A stretch of DNA of 64,000 bases from Scyliorhinus canicula (taxonomy: Eukaryota). Location of the stretch: positions 41,097,729 to 41,161,728 of the forward strand of contig NC_052158.1 of the NCBI RefSeq assembly GCF_902713615.1, written 5' to 3'. The notes under the pieces were generated by a model. That model did no database searches and had not been told where the DNA came from. It worked only from the letters and a program-made list of their open reading frames with translations. This document shows positions 35,259-48,300 of this stretch, one piece after another. The position numbers and the translations under genes were made by a program. Position 1 is the stretch's first letter. Each line of letters opens with the position of its first letter.

Positions 35259-35972
35259 GGGCACGATTCTCCGCTCCCCACCCCGGGTGGGAGAATCGCG
35301 GGAGGGCCCTCAACAAATTTCACGCCCCCCTGGTACCCCCCGCGATGCTCACCCCCCCCCCCCCCCCCCCCCCCCCCACCGGCTCGGAAGAATCGCCGCT
35401 CGTCGTTTTTCACGGCGAACGGCGATTCTCTGACCCAGATGGGCCGAGCGGCCTGCCGTTCGAGGCCGTTTCACGACGGCGGCAAACACACCTGGTCGCT
35501 GCCGTTGTGAAGCGGGTTTGAGAAGCCCATTTGGGGCTTGTAGGTGGCCTAGCAAGGAAAGAGCACCACGACTGTGCTCGGGAGGGGACAGGCCCACGAT
35601 CGGTGCCCACCGATCATCGGGCCGGCGTCCAAATCAGACGCACTATTTCCCCTCCGCCGCCCGGCAAGATCAAGCCGCCACGTCTTGCGGGGCGGCTGAG
35701 GGGAAAGATGGCCACCACACATGCGTGGGTTCGTGCCGTCAGCGTCATGACGTCAGCCGCACATGCGTGGGTTGGAGCCGGCCAACCTGCGCATGCGCGG
35801 CTGATGTCATTCTTGGCGAGACACCCCCGCGGCCGAGAGTTACGGAGCGCCGCTCCTAGCACCGCCGGGATGGGAGAATAGGGGGCGAGGAGCGGCCTCC
35901 GAGGCCGTCGTGAAACTCAACCGAGTTCACGACGGCCCTCCTGATTTTTCCCGGGAGCGGAGAATTACGCCC
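35259..35972. mobile_element. Harbinger-type MITE
   Basis: TIRs GGGCACGATTCTCC / GGAGAATTACGCCC; 3-bp TSD ATT. Confidence 0.88.
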
Positions 35973-37302
35973 ATTGGGTCTGTTACTTTTTAGTCTGAAA
36001 ACATAAATCCACAGAACTTGAAAACAGAAATTGCAAGTTTTATTAATACAAATGATTTGACTGAAAGGGTTAAGGATTGGGGAATGGATGTTGCTGGGAA
36101 AATCATTTCTCTCCCTCCAGATCCATCCAATGAATTGTACACCTTGACCGAGAACTTCCAGTCCCAGGGGAGTTAAATCCTTGAGTACCCCAGAAGATAC
36201 AATGACCTCCAAGGTCCCCAAAAAGGACTTCACAGTAATCTCTTGCACTTGGAATCATCTAAATTTCCTGTTTAGATCAGAAACTTCAGATGGTTCCAAC
36301 TCTCTTAGCAGAATAGTGATCCTGGCAAAGTTAGAAATATTAAAACCGTTTCTACTCCTGGATAACTATGGTACTGATCCCTCCCCCCAGTGGACCCCAT
36401 AACTACATGTCAAACCCCTTTGAGCTCTCTCATTCTCAAAGCACCCCACCCCTTGTTCTCCAGCTCCTGATATTGTCCAGCCCCCTGTCTACATACCGAA
36501 CCGTGACCACCCAACATGCCACTGATTCCCTCAGCCTCCTGACTACTCCCCACCCCCAAGATTACCCTCCCAATCCCTCCAACATCCCCCTGACTACCCT
36601 TTCAGCGCCTCAACTACCTACCACCCCTTAAAGTACTCTGGGGAAGATATGCTGCATATTTCTCACCAGGCCTAGGTTGGAAGACAAGAAATATACAGCC
36701 TGGATAAGTAATGAGGAGCAGAGTGGCAGGATGTCCTCTGGAGGCCCAAGGCCTGGACGGCCTTGGACCATTCAGGGTCTCCTCCTCTGGTAAGTTGCCC
36801 CTCCTCGGCCTGACCTGCTGGAATGGCCGATTTAGAAGAAGCTAGACCCCCTTTCAGGCTCCTCGGTGGGTGGTCTGGATTTTCTGGCTTAGGCTACACC
36901 TTCTTTTGGGTGCCTAGAAGCAGCGCCCGGGAGAGGTCAAAGTATTAATGCAACTCACCCATGACTCGAGCGATGGTGTGTTGGCCCATGCACAAATCCA
37001 GCAGAAACTGGACCAGGTTCTCGTCCACCCTCCCAATGGATGTCTCAATATGATTATGTGCCAGATCCAACATCAGGCCGAATGTGGATGGACTGCTCTA
37101 TGCTTCATTCTAATCTACTGACAGTCTCTGTCAAACCTGCCTGATGTTTCGCTGCCTGTCTTTCCATCTTCAACATGTCACTGAGGGCCGAATCCAAACG
37201 CTCATCGTCAGACTTAGACTCAGCAGGGGCCTGGTCTTCAGCAGTCCCCCAAATGCAAGACACCTTGTCTGTTACTGCCTCCACCTTCTGTGAACCCTGG
37301 CT

Positions 37303-40300
37303 TGATCACCAGATTATGAACCTGAGGCTTTATTACACTAAGATGTGTGGCCTCCTACAGCAGCTGATGAAATGGCTGTTGTATGAGGAGCATACATATT
37401 TATACTCCACCTTCTGGGCAGAGGCAGCAGGCAGGGACTACCCCTGTACAGGGTCTTACCACACACCTCCTAATATATACAACAGTGGTGATTACCATAT
37501 TCACCCCCTGTTAAAATTGAGTCCGGTGGGGGTGGCGGAGAACTATATACAGAACAAGTTTAGTATACAGAGGCAAAAAAAAATTTTTTTGAAGTCCAGT
37601 ACAAGGTGCTTTAACAGTCCCGAACCAATTACAGGTTTTGCCGGTCCGGGGCCTTAATATGACGTTGGGAGCGATGCAGTGGTGGCGTCGATTCCGGTGG
37701 TGGTCTGATCCTTGGTGACTCTGGGAGCGTGCCAAAATCCTCTTCATCCTCGGGCGTGGGCAGAAGAAGGACGGATGGTCCTGGGAGGGTGCCGCTGGGT
37801 GCGCGGGGGGGAGGGGAGGGTGGCGCCGGGCCGGAGGGGTGTATGTGCGTGGAACCTGCTTGTGCCAGGTCCCTGAAGGAGACAGTATCCTGGCAGCCGT
37901 CGGGGTACGCTACATAGGCATACTGGGGGTTAGCGTGGAGTAACTGCACCCAATCCAACAGGTCTGCCTTGTGGAGTCGTACGTGTTTATGGAGGAGTAC
38001 GGGTCCTGGAGCTGTGAGCCAAGTCGGGAGCGACACCCCGGACGTGGACTTCCTGGGGAAGGCAAAGAGACGTTCATGGGGTGTGTCGTTAGTCGCAGTG
38101 CACAGGAGCGACCGAATGGGGTGCAGTACATCGGGGAGGATGTCCTGCCAGCGAGAAGCTGGGCGATGTCTGGACCGTAGGGCCAGCTGGACGGCCCTAC
38201 AGACCCTCCCATTCTCCCTCTCCACCTGCCCGTTTCGCTGGGCGTTATAGCTGGTCGTCCTGCTGGAGGCGATACCCCTGCTGAGCAGGAACTAACGCAG
38301 CTCATCATTCATGAATGAGGATCCCCTGTCACAATGGATGAAGACGGGGAAGCCGAACAGAGCGAAGATGGTGTTGAGGGCTTTGATGACGTTGGCAAAC
38401 GTCATGTCAGGGCATGGGATGGCGAAGGCGAATCTGGAGTACTCATCGACCACACTGAGGAAATACGTGTTTCGGTCGGTGGAGGGGAGGGGCCCTTTGA
38501 AATCCACGCTGAGGCGTTCAAAGGGGCAGAAGGCCTTCACCAGGCGCACGCGGTCCGGCTGGCAGAAGTGCAGTTTGCACTCCGTACAGACCCGACAGTC
38601 CCTGGTGATGGTCCTGACTTCCTCGACGGAGTAGGGAAGATTGCGGGCCTTGGTGAAGTGGTACAACTGTGTGACTCCTGTCATAATATACACCAGTATA
38701 TCATGGTGCAGACACACACTGATGGACATACACTAGGACCAATCAACATGCACAAACACCTATCACCCAGTTAGAACACACGCACTATAAAGACAGAGGG
38801 CATCACTTTTCCCGCTCATTCTGGATGCTGCCTCTCAGAAGCACAAGAGCTCATCAAGTACAGTACAGACTCACACCACATGCTGAGTGATTCAACTGGT
38901 TCGGACAGGCACATGTCTCTAGTTAAACTAGCATCTTGTTAACCCACAATTATAGTATGTACAGCATTTTATAAGAGTTAATAAAATAGTGTTGAACCAT
39001 CTTCAGTGCTGGTGGCATATGTCTGCTTCACGAGTCCACAGTGCCCAACACTTCAACTTCTGGGTGACAAAGGTTGTCATGCAGAGTCTGGAGTCGGTCT
39101 ACTTGTGCGCTGGCACATGTACCTCGGGATAGGGCATCTGGGGGCTTGTTGAGCTTACCAGGGCGATACAAAATCTCGTAGTTGGAGGTGGAGAGTTCGA
39201 TCCTCCACCGCAAGATTTTATGGTTCTTGATCTTGCCCCGTTGTGTGTTTTTAAACATAAAGTAGAGTGAATCTTCTGCCGGCCAGGTAATGCCTCCAAT
39301 GCCGCACAGCTTCAACAATGGCCTGGGCCTCTTTTTTGACGGATGAGTGCCGAATTTCTGAGGCATGAAGGGTGCGGGAAAAGAATGCCACAGGTCTGCC
39401 TGCCTGATTTAGAGTGGCGGCAACGGCAACATCTGAAGCGTCGCTTTCTACTTGGAAGGGCAGTGTCTTGTCTACTGTGTGCATCCCGGCCTTGGCTATG
39501 TCTGCTCTGATACGGGCGAAGGCCTGTTGTGCTTCGGCCGTGAGGGGAAATTGTGTGGACTGTATGAGTGGGCGGGCCTTGTCCGCATAGTTTGGGACCC
39601 ACTGAGCGTAGTATGAAAAGAACCCCAAGCAGCGTTTGAGGCCCTTGGGGCAGTGGGGGAGGGGAAGCTCCATGAGGAAGCGCATGCGGTCGGAATCGGG
39701 CCCCAGAAGTTCGTTCTGGACTACATAGCTGAGGATGGCTAAGCGGGTCGTGCTGAACACACACTTCTCTTTATTATACGTAAGGTTGAGAAGAGTGGCG
39801 GTGCAGAGGAATTTAGCGAGGTTGGCATCGTGGTCCTGCTGATCATGGCCGCAGATGGTGACATTATCCAAGTGCGGAAACGTGGCCCGCAAACCGTACC
39901 GGTCGACCATTCGGTCCATCTCCTTTTGGAAGACCGAGACCCCGTCAGTAACGCCAAAGGGAACTCAAAGAAAGTGATAGAGCCGACCGTCCGCCTCTAA
40001 GGCAGTGTATGGATGGTCCGATTTACGGATGGGGAGCTGGTAGTAGGCGGATTTCAGGTCAATTGTTGAGAAGACCCGGTACTGCGCAATCTGATTCACC
40101 ATATCAGATATGCGTGGGAGGGGGTACCCGTCAAGCTGCATGTACCAATTAATGGTCTGGCTGTAGTCCACGACAGTTCTGTCTTTCTCTTCAGTTTGAA
40201 CTACTACCACTTGGGCTCTCCAGGGGCTGTTGCTGGCCTCGATGATACCCTCCCGAAGCAGCCTCTGGACCTCGGACCTGATGAAGGCCTTGTCGTGGGC

Positions 40301-43300
40301 ACTGTACCGTCTGCTCCTGGTGGCAACAGATTTGCAATCGGAAGTTAGATTGGCAAAGAGGGAGGGGGGGTCAACCTTTAGGGTCGTGAGACCGCAAATG
40401 GTGAGTGGAGGTAGGGGCCCGCCGAATTTGAGGGTGAGGCTCTGGAGATTGCACTGAAAATCCAGGCCCAGCAATCGTGCAGCGCAGTGATTAGGAAGGA
40501 CGTAGAGATGGCAACCGCTGAAGTCTACGCCCTGGACTGTGAGAGTGACCATGCAGAACCCTCGCATCAGGACAGAATGGGATCCGGAGGCCAGGGAGAT
40601 GCGTTGATTGGCGGGGTAGACCACGAAGGAGCAGCGCCTTACCGTATCCGGGAGTATGAAGCTTTCGGTGCTCTCGGAGTCCAGCAGGCACGAGGTCACG
40701 TGGCAGTTGTTTATCACCATTGTTGAAGCAGTGGCCAGGTTATGTGGACGAGGCTGGTCCAGCATCATCGAGGCGAGCTGCGGGTGATCATCAGGGGTGT
40801 CAGACGGAGAGCGTTGGCGGCCCAGATCGTGGGATGTTGTTGGCGTTCCTGCCCCGTGGGGAAGGCAAGATAGCGGCGTCCGGAGGTCCTGCGGGGAACA
40901 AAATGGCGGCGCCCATGGCACATTGTGGGGCGGGACAAGATGGCGGCACTCATGGGCCGCACGTGGACAGAGGGGAAGAAGATGGCGGCGACCACTGGCC
41001 GCACGTGGCCCTGGGAGGAGAGGATGGCGGCGCCCATTGTGCGTTTGGCGGGGGGAAGGGGCGATAGCGCGACGGCGCGGGCCTGGCACACTGCGGCGAA
41101 GTGGCCCTTTTTTTTTACAAGACTTGCAAGTGGTGGCGGGGGCCGGGCAGCGTTGGCGGGGGTGCTTCTGTTGGCCGCAGAAGTAGCAGCAGGGACTCCC
41201 GGGGTGCGCGGACTGGCGTGCGCGCAGGCGTATTGGTTAGGCAGGGCCCCAGCTGGGGGGGTCGTTTGTGGGGTCCAGGAGGGATAGGAGGGGTGGGCCG
41301 CACGGCGAGAGGGGTAGGCCTGAACATTACGGGAGGCAACCGTCATGGAGAGCGCTAATGTTTTTGTCTCCGCTAGGTCAAGCGTGGTCACCTTCCAGCA
41401 GTCGTTGTCGGATGAGGTTCGACCCAATCCCCGTTACGAACGCATCGCGCAAGAGGAGATTAGAATGTTCGGTGGCCGTAACGGCCTAACAGTCACAGTC
41501 CCAGACGAGTGGGATTAGGGCCCGCCAGAAGTCTTCGATGGACTCACCAGGGAGTTGAGAGTGAGTGGCGAGTATGTGCCTGGCAAAGAGCGCGTAGTTG
41601 TCTTTTAGGAGTGCCATGGCTTCCGCGTAAGTCGGGGCGTCCTGGATCAGCGGGAACACGCTTGAGCTCAGCCTAGAATACAGGACCTATATCTTCTGAG
41701 CCTCCGTCAGTGTGGGGTTCGCTGCGTTGATGTAAGATAGCCAGTGATTAAAGTCCTTTCTGGCGTCGGGCAAGTGCGGATCCAGCTGCAGGTGATCTGG
41801 TTTGATTCTGATATCCATCTTGTTGAAAATCTGACTGCAATAAATTGATACACGATCAATTGCACAAAGACTAAGGTTGGGTACAACCGTGGCTTTATTG
41901 CAGTCAGATGCGTGGCATCCTGCTGCAACTGGCGAAATGGCAGATCAATGGAGGACACGCATATTTATACAGCTCCTGCTGGTCGGAGCCAGCCGGCAGG
42001 GGCTACCGGCGAACCTGTAGTACAGATCCTACCTTACATCCACTAATACAGGTGTACAGTGGTTCACCAAAAACCCCAGGCAGCGCTTGAGGGCCTTGGG
42101 GCAGTGGGGAAGGGGGAGCTCCATGAGGGGGCACATGCGGTCAAGATCGGGCCCCAGAACTCTATTCTGGACCACAGAGCCGAGGGTGGCTAAGCGGTTC
42201 GTGCTAAATATGCACTTCTCCTTGTTATAGGTGAGGTTTAGGAGAGAGGCGGTGTGGAGAAATTTGGCAAGATTGGCATCGTGGTCCTGCTGATCGTGGC
42301 CGCAGATGGTGATATTATCTAGGTATGGGAAAGTGGCCCGCAGCCCGTACCGGTCGACCATTCGGTCCATCTCCCTTTGGAAGACCGAGACCCCATTGGT
42401 GAAGCCGAAGGGAACCCTGAGAAAATGGTAGAGGCGGCAATCTGCCTCGAAGGCAGTATATGGGCCTTACGGATTGGGAGCTGGTGGTAGGCGGATTTCA
42501 GGTCCACAGTTGAGAAGACCCAGTACTGTGCAATCTGATTGACCATATCAGATATGCGTGGGAGTGGGTACGCGTCGACCATCCTGTGTTTCTCCCCAGA
42601 TTTCACCACTACCACTTGGGCTCTCCAGGGGCTGTTGCTGGCCTCGATAATGCCTTCCCGAAGCAGTCGCTGGACTTTGGACCTGATGAAGGCCCTGTCC
42701 TGGGCGCTGTACTGTCTGCTCCTGGTGGCGACAGGTTTGCAGTCCGGAGTTAAGTTTGCAAATAGGGAAGGTGGGTCGACCTTTAGGGTCGCGAGGCCGC
42801 ACACAGTAAGGGGTGGTAGGGGCCCGCCGAATTTCAGTATTAGGTTCTGGAGGTTACACTGGAAGTCCAGGTCGAGTAGCAGGGCAGCGCAGACTTTGGG
42901 GAGGACGTAGAGACGTGAATTCTACGCCCCTGGACCGTGGCTATACAGTACCCCCGGATCGCCACAGATTGGGTCCCGGAGGGCAGGGTGATTCTCTGAT
43001 TGCGGGGTATACCGCAAGGGAGCAGCGCCTTACCATATCTGGATGGGTGAAGTTTTGGGTGCTCCCGAAATCCAGCAGGCAGGAGATCTCGTGCCCATCA
43101 ATCTTCACGCTTGTCGAGGCGGAGGCTAGATTGTTTGGACGAGACTGGTCAATCGTGACCGAGGTGAGTCGCAGCTGGTTGTCGTTGGTGTCGAACGATG
43201 GGGTGCCCGGGGCATGGGTCCTGGAACGATGATGGCACCCATGTGCCGTGGGGGAGACATGATGACCTGATGATCTTGGGGTGGACAAGATGGAAGCACC

Positions 43301-44422
43301 CACAGGCCGCACGTGTCGGGGGTTGACAAAGATGGTGGCGCCCATGGGCCACACGTGGTCCGAGGAGGGGATGATGGCGGCGCCCACTGTCTGTACGCGA
43401 GGGAGTCGGAGCGATAGCGGCAACTGCGCGGGCCTGGCACGCCGCAGCGAAGTACCCCTTTTTGCCGCAGGCCTTGCAAAGGGCGCTGCGGGCCGAGCAG
43501 TGTTGGCGGGGATGTTTCTGTTGCCCGCAAAAGTGGCTGGCTGGCGTGTGGCATAAGTGTAGGGTTGGCTGAGTGGGGTCCCCGGTGGGGCGGCTGACTG
43601 TGGAGTCCACGATGTGTTGGAGGGGTGGGCCACAGGGCTGGGGGTGTAGGCCTGAAGATTGCACGAGGCGACCGTCATCGATAGTGCCAGCTTTTCGGTT
43701 TCTGTGAGGTCGAGTATGGCCCCTTCTAAAAGTCGCTGACGTATGAGGTCTGACCCTATCCCCGTGATGAAAGCGTACCGCATGAGGAGATTCAATTGTT
43801 CCGTGGTCGTGACAGCCTGGACAGTCACAGTCTCTGACCAGAGGAATTAAAGTACTCCAGAAATCTTCTACGGACTCACCAGGTAGTTCCCGACAAGTAG
43901 AGAGTACGTGTCTGGCGAAGAGCATGTTCGTCCGCTGGGTGTAGTTCTCTTTCAGTAGTGCGATGGCTTCATCGTAGGTCGGCGCCTCCTGGATAAGAGG
44001 AAATACGTTGGAGCTCAGCCGCGAGTAGAGTATCTGGATCTTCTGAGCTTCCGGAATTGGGTCCTGTGCAGACCTGATGTAAGCTTCAGAACAAGCTAGC
44101 CAATGTTGAAAGTCCTTTTTGACGTCGCTTGATTGCGGATCCAGCTGCAGGCGATCCGGCTTGATCCACCTTCTGAAAACTTTATTGGAATAAATTGATG
44201 CCCGATCAATTGTACAAAGACGAGAGTTGAATACAACTGAGGCTTTATTACACTAAGATATGTGGCCTCCTGCAGCAGCTGGCGAAATAGCTGCTGTATG
44301 GGGAGCACACATATTTACACTCTGCCTACTGGGCAGGGCCAGCAGGCTGGGACTACCCCCGTATCTGTAGTACGGGTCTTACCACACACCTCCTAATATA
44401 TACAATAGTGGTGATTACCACA
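37303..44422 (-). mobile_element. Composite Gypsy locus: element A (5' LTR 44196-44422, 3' LTR about 37303-37499) enclosing element B (single LTR 41846-42070 plus gag-pol)
   Basis: Two gag-PR-RT sets in tandem on the minus strand but only one RNase H-integrase (37629-38729: LSVDFKG, VDEYSRF, CDRGSSF, ERENG). The outer LTRs match each other; the middle LTR is a related but different family. PPT at 37500-37510. Confidence 0.88.
38679..39055 (+). mobile_element. Solo LTR inserted in the integrase HHCC region
   Basis: TGTCATA...CTTCA termini; TSD ACTCC/ACTTC; AATAAA at about 38980; splits LCHP|GVTQ. Confidence 0.85.
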
Positions 44423-44776
44423 TTCAGCATGTTGGAGCAAGGTCTGAGATTCTCACTATCACACAGCAGTTTAGGCCACAAAGGAAATTTATCAAGAATA
44501 ACAACTTTTGTTTAAAATTTCCTGCAAGAAAATACAATTCACATATTTCACATGATTTGAAAAAGGGAAATTGATTATTGCTACAAATTGCTGACCAATG
44601 TAATGTATAAAAGGGAAGATGCAGGATGTTGCTCATACAAGATGGTGAAACAGCACAAGATGGTGAAACAGCACAAGATGGTGAAACAGCACCATCTGGT
44701 GGCCGAGGCAGTAACTTTCTCTCTGCCCAGTGACATCATGATGTGGAGATGCCAGCATTGGACTGGGGTGAGCACA

Positions 44777-44907
44777 GTAAGAAGTCTTACAACACCAGGT
44801 TAAAGTCCAACAGGTTTGTTTCAAACAGGAGCTTTCGGAGCGCATCCGAAAGCTCGTGTTTGAAACAAACCTGTTGGACTTTAACCTGGTGTTGTAAGAC
44901 TTCTTAC
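44777..44907. repeat. 131-bp near-perfect inverted repeat (retroelement-terminus derived)
   Basis: 51-bp perfect arms (44777-44827 and 44857-44907), one G-G mismatch, an 11-bp inner stem and a 5-nt loop. Preceded by an 18-bp tandem triplication at about 44640-44692. Confidence 0.92.
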
Positions 44908-45235
44908 AGTGATATCATAGAACTGGAATGTGTGGAATTCAGAACTTAATTTGCCCAGAGCTCTGTTTAGATGGGGATCTGTGGTTACAAACCCCTTTGA
45001 AGATGAGCCCTGCAACCAAACAGAAATTTGAGAAACAGCTCACACAACTCATGAACTTTGGAAAGTACTAGAATAGATATCCTATCAGACATGGGGCTGG
45101 ACTAAAACTATGAAGCAAATTAATCCAGAACAACAACTTGTATTTATATAGAGTTGTTAACCTGGATAAACTCCCAAAGTGCTTCACAGAGGAAGGATAA
45201 AAGACCAAATGAGATGTCAGGAGAGGTGATCAACA

Positions 45236-45370
45236 GGCAGCACGGTGGTGCAGTGGTTAGCAATGCTGCCTCATGGCGCCGAGGTCCCAGGTTTGATCCC
45301 TGCTCTGGGTCACTGTCCGTGTGGAGTTTGCACATTCTCCTCGTATCTGCGTGGGTTTCGTCCCCACAAC
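45236..45370 (+). mobile_element. 3'-truncated HE1-like SINE
   Basis: GGCAGCACGGTGGTGCAGTGGTTAGCA...GGTTTGATCCC head. Confidence 0.85.
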
Positions 45371-45379
45371 ACAAAATTA

Positions 45380-48300
45380 AGCATTGTTAAACTAATTAAA
45401 CATAATTACTTAATTATAATTTAGAGGGGTACCTAAGCCAGAGATCGGAGAGTACTGTATTTAGCTTTCACATTTATAGTAGAAATCTAGTGCTCGGAAA
45501 CATATAGTTAACAGTAACTTTTTTTTTTAATTTAAATTTAATTTACTAATTAATTGACGCAATGTCAATTAGAGGGGTGCGGTGCTCTGACTGTGAGATG
45601 TGGCAGGTCCAGGAGGCGTCCAGCGTCCCGGATGGCTTCATCTGCAGAAAGTGCACCCAACTAAAGCTCCTCGCAGACCGCAAGGTTCGGTTGGAGCAGC
45701 AGTTGGATGCACTTAGGAGCATGCAGGTGGCAGAAAGCGTCATAGATAGCAGTTATATAAATGTGGTCACACCCAAGGTGCAGGCAGAGAAATGGGTGAC
45801 CACCAGAAGGGGTAGGCAGTCAGTGCAGGAATCCCCTGTGGTTGTCCCCCTATTGAAAGGGTATACCCCTTTAGATACTGTCGGGGGGGATAGCCTATCA
45901 GGGGAAAACAGCAGCAGCCAGAGCAGTGGTATCACGGCTGGCTCTGATGTTCAGCAGGGAGGGTCAAAGCGCAGAAGAGCAATAGTCACAGGGGACTCTA
46001 TAATTAGGGGCACATATAGGCGCTTCTGTGGACGTGAAAGAGACTCCAGGATGGTATGTTGCCTCCCTGGTGCCAGGGTCCAAGATGTCTCTGAACAGGT
46101 AGCGGGCATCCTGAAGGGGGAGGACAAACAAGCAGAGGTCATTGTACATCTTGGTATTAACGACATAGGCAGGAACAGGCATGAGGTCCTGCAGCAGGAG
46201 TTCAGGGAGCTAGGCAGAAAGTTAAAAGACAGGACCTCTAGGGTTGTAATCTCGAGATTACTCCCTGTGCCACGTGCCAGTGAGGCTAGAAATAGGAAGA
46301 TAGAGCAGCTAAACACGTGGCTAAACAGCTGGTGTAGGAGGGAGGGTTTCCGTTATCTGGACCACTGGGAGCTCTTCCGGGGCAGGTCTGACCTGTATAA
46401 GAAGGACAGGTTGCATCTAAACTGGAGAGGCATAAATATCCTGGCCATGTGGTTTGCTGGTGTCACACGGGAGGGTTTAAACTAGTATGGCAGGGGGGTG
46501 GGTACAGGAGCAATAGGTCAGAAGATGAAAGCATTGAGAGAGAACTAGGGAATAGGGCCAATATGGCTATGAGGAAGAGCAGACAGGGAGATGTTGCTGA
46601 AAACAGCAAGTCTGAAGTGCATATTTTTTAATGCAAGAAGTATTACGGGTAAGGCAGATGAACTTAGAGCTTGGATTAGTACTTGGAACTATGGTGTTGT
46701 TGCCATTACAGAGACCTGGTTAAGGAAAGGCCAGGATTGGCACCTAAACGTTCCAGGATTTAGATGTTTCAGGCGGGATAGAGGGGGATGTAAAAGGGGT
46801 GGCGGAGTCGCGCTACTTGTTAGGGAGAATATCACAGCTGTACTATGGGAGACACCTCCCATAGGAGGCTATATGGATAGAGATCAGAAATAAGAAGGGT
46901 GCAGTCACAATGTTGGGGGTTTACTACAGGCCTCCCAACAGCCAGCGGGAGATAGAGGAGCAGATAGGTAGACAGATTTTGGTAACTAGTGAAAACAACA
47001 GGGTTATTGTGATGGGAGACTTCAACTTCCCCAATATTTACTGGGACTCACTTAGTGCTGGGGACTTAGACGGGGCACAGTTTGTAAGGAGAATCCAGAG
47101 GACTTATTCAAACAATATGTAGACAGTCCAACTAGAGAAGGGGCTGTACTGGACCTGGTATTGGGGAATGAGCCCGGCCAGTTGGTAGACGTTTCAGTAG
47201 GGGAGCATTTCGGGAACAGTGACCACAAGTCAGTAAGTTTTAAAGTGCTGGTGGACAAGGATAAGAGTGGTCCTAGGGTGAATGTGCTAAATTAGGGGGA
47301 GGCTAATTATAACAATATTAGGCGGGAACTGAAGAACCTAGATTGTGGGCGGATGTTTGAGGGTAAATCAACATCTGGCATGTGGAAGGCTTTCAAATGT
47401 CAGTTGAAAGGAACTCAGGACCGGCATGTTCCTGTGCGGAAGAAGGATAAATACAGCAAATTTCGGGAACCTTGGATAACGAGAGATATTGTAGGCCTCG
47501 TCAAAAAGAAAAAGGAGGCATTTGTCAGGGCTAGAAGGCTGCAACAGACAAAGCCGGTGTGGAAAAAGGAAAGTAGGAAGGAACTTAAGCAAGGAGTCAG
47601 GAGGGCTAGAAGAGGTCACGAAAAGTCATTGGCAAATAGGGTTAAGGAAAATCCTAAGGCTTTTTACACATGTATAAAAACCAAGAGGGTAGCCAGGGAA
47701 AGGGTTGGCCCACTGAAAGATAGGCAATGGAATCTAGATGTGGAGCCAGAGGAAATGGGTGAGGTACTAAATGAATACTTTGCATCAGTATTCACCAAAG
47801 AGAAGGAATTGGTGGATTTTGAGTCTGGAGACGGGTGCATAGATAGCCTGGGTCACATTGAGATCCAAAAAGACGAGGTGTTGGGCGTCTTGAAAAATAT
47901 TAAGGTAGATAAGTCCCCAGGGCCTGATGGGATCTACCCCAGAATACTGAAGGAGGCTAGAGAGGAAATTGCTGAGGCCTTGACAAAAATCTTTGGATCC
48001 TCACTGTCTTCAGGTGATGTCCCAGAGGACTGGGGAATAGCCAATGTTGTTCCTTTGTTTAAGAAGGGTAGCAAGGATAATCCAGGGAACTACAGGCCGG
48101 TGAGCCGTACGTCCCTGGTAGGGAAATTACTGGAGAGAATTCTTCGAGACAGGATCTACTCCCATTTGGAAGCAAATGGACGTATTCGTGAGAGGCAGCA
48201 TGGTTTTGTGATTGGGATGTCATGTCCCACTAACTTGATAGAGCTTTTCGAAGAGGTCACAAAGATGATTGATTCAGGTAGGACAGTGGATATTGTCTAT

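Noticed and set aside
36100-36400. Strong-looking acceptor TTTCTCTCCCTCCAG at 36120 and ORF 36181-36402 as an extra exon
   Set aside because: All three frames stop within 19 codons, and the site is downstream of the predicted stop. The minus strand faintly resembles an L1 endonuclease end. No support as an exon.
36660-37300. Unassigned GC-moderate segment as a host exon
   Set aside because: No open frame with splice support; it loosely resembles Harbinger Myb-gene coiled-coil fragments, too weakly to call.
44640-44692. Repeat-spacer (CRISPR-like) array
   Set aside because: It is a simple 18-bp tandem triplication without unique spacers in eukaryotic DNA; no CRISPR or cas features are present anywhere in the window.
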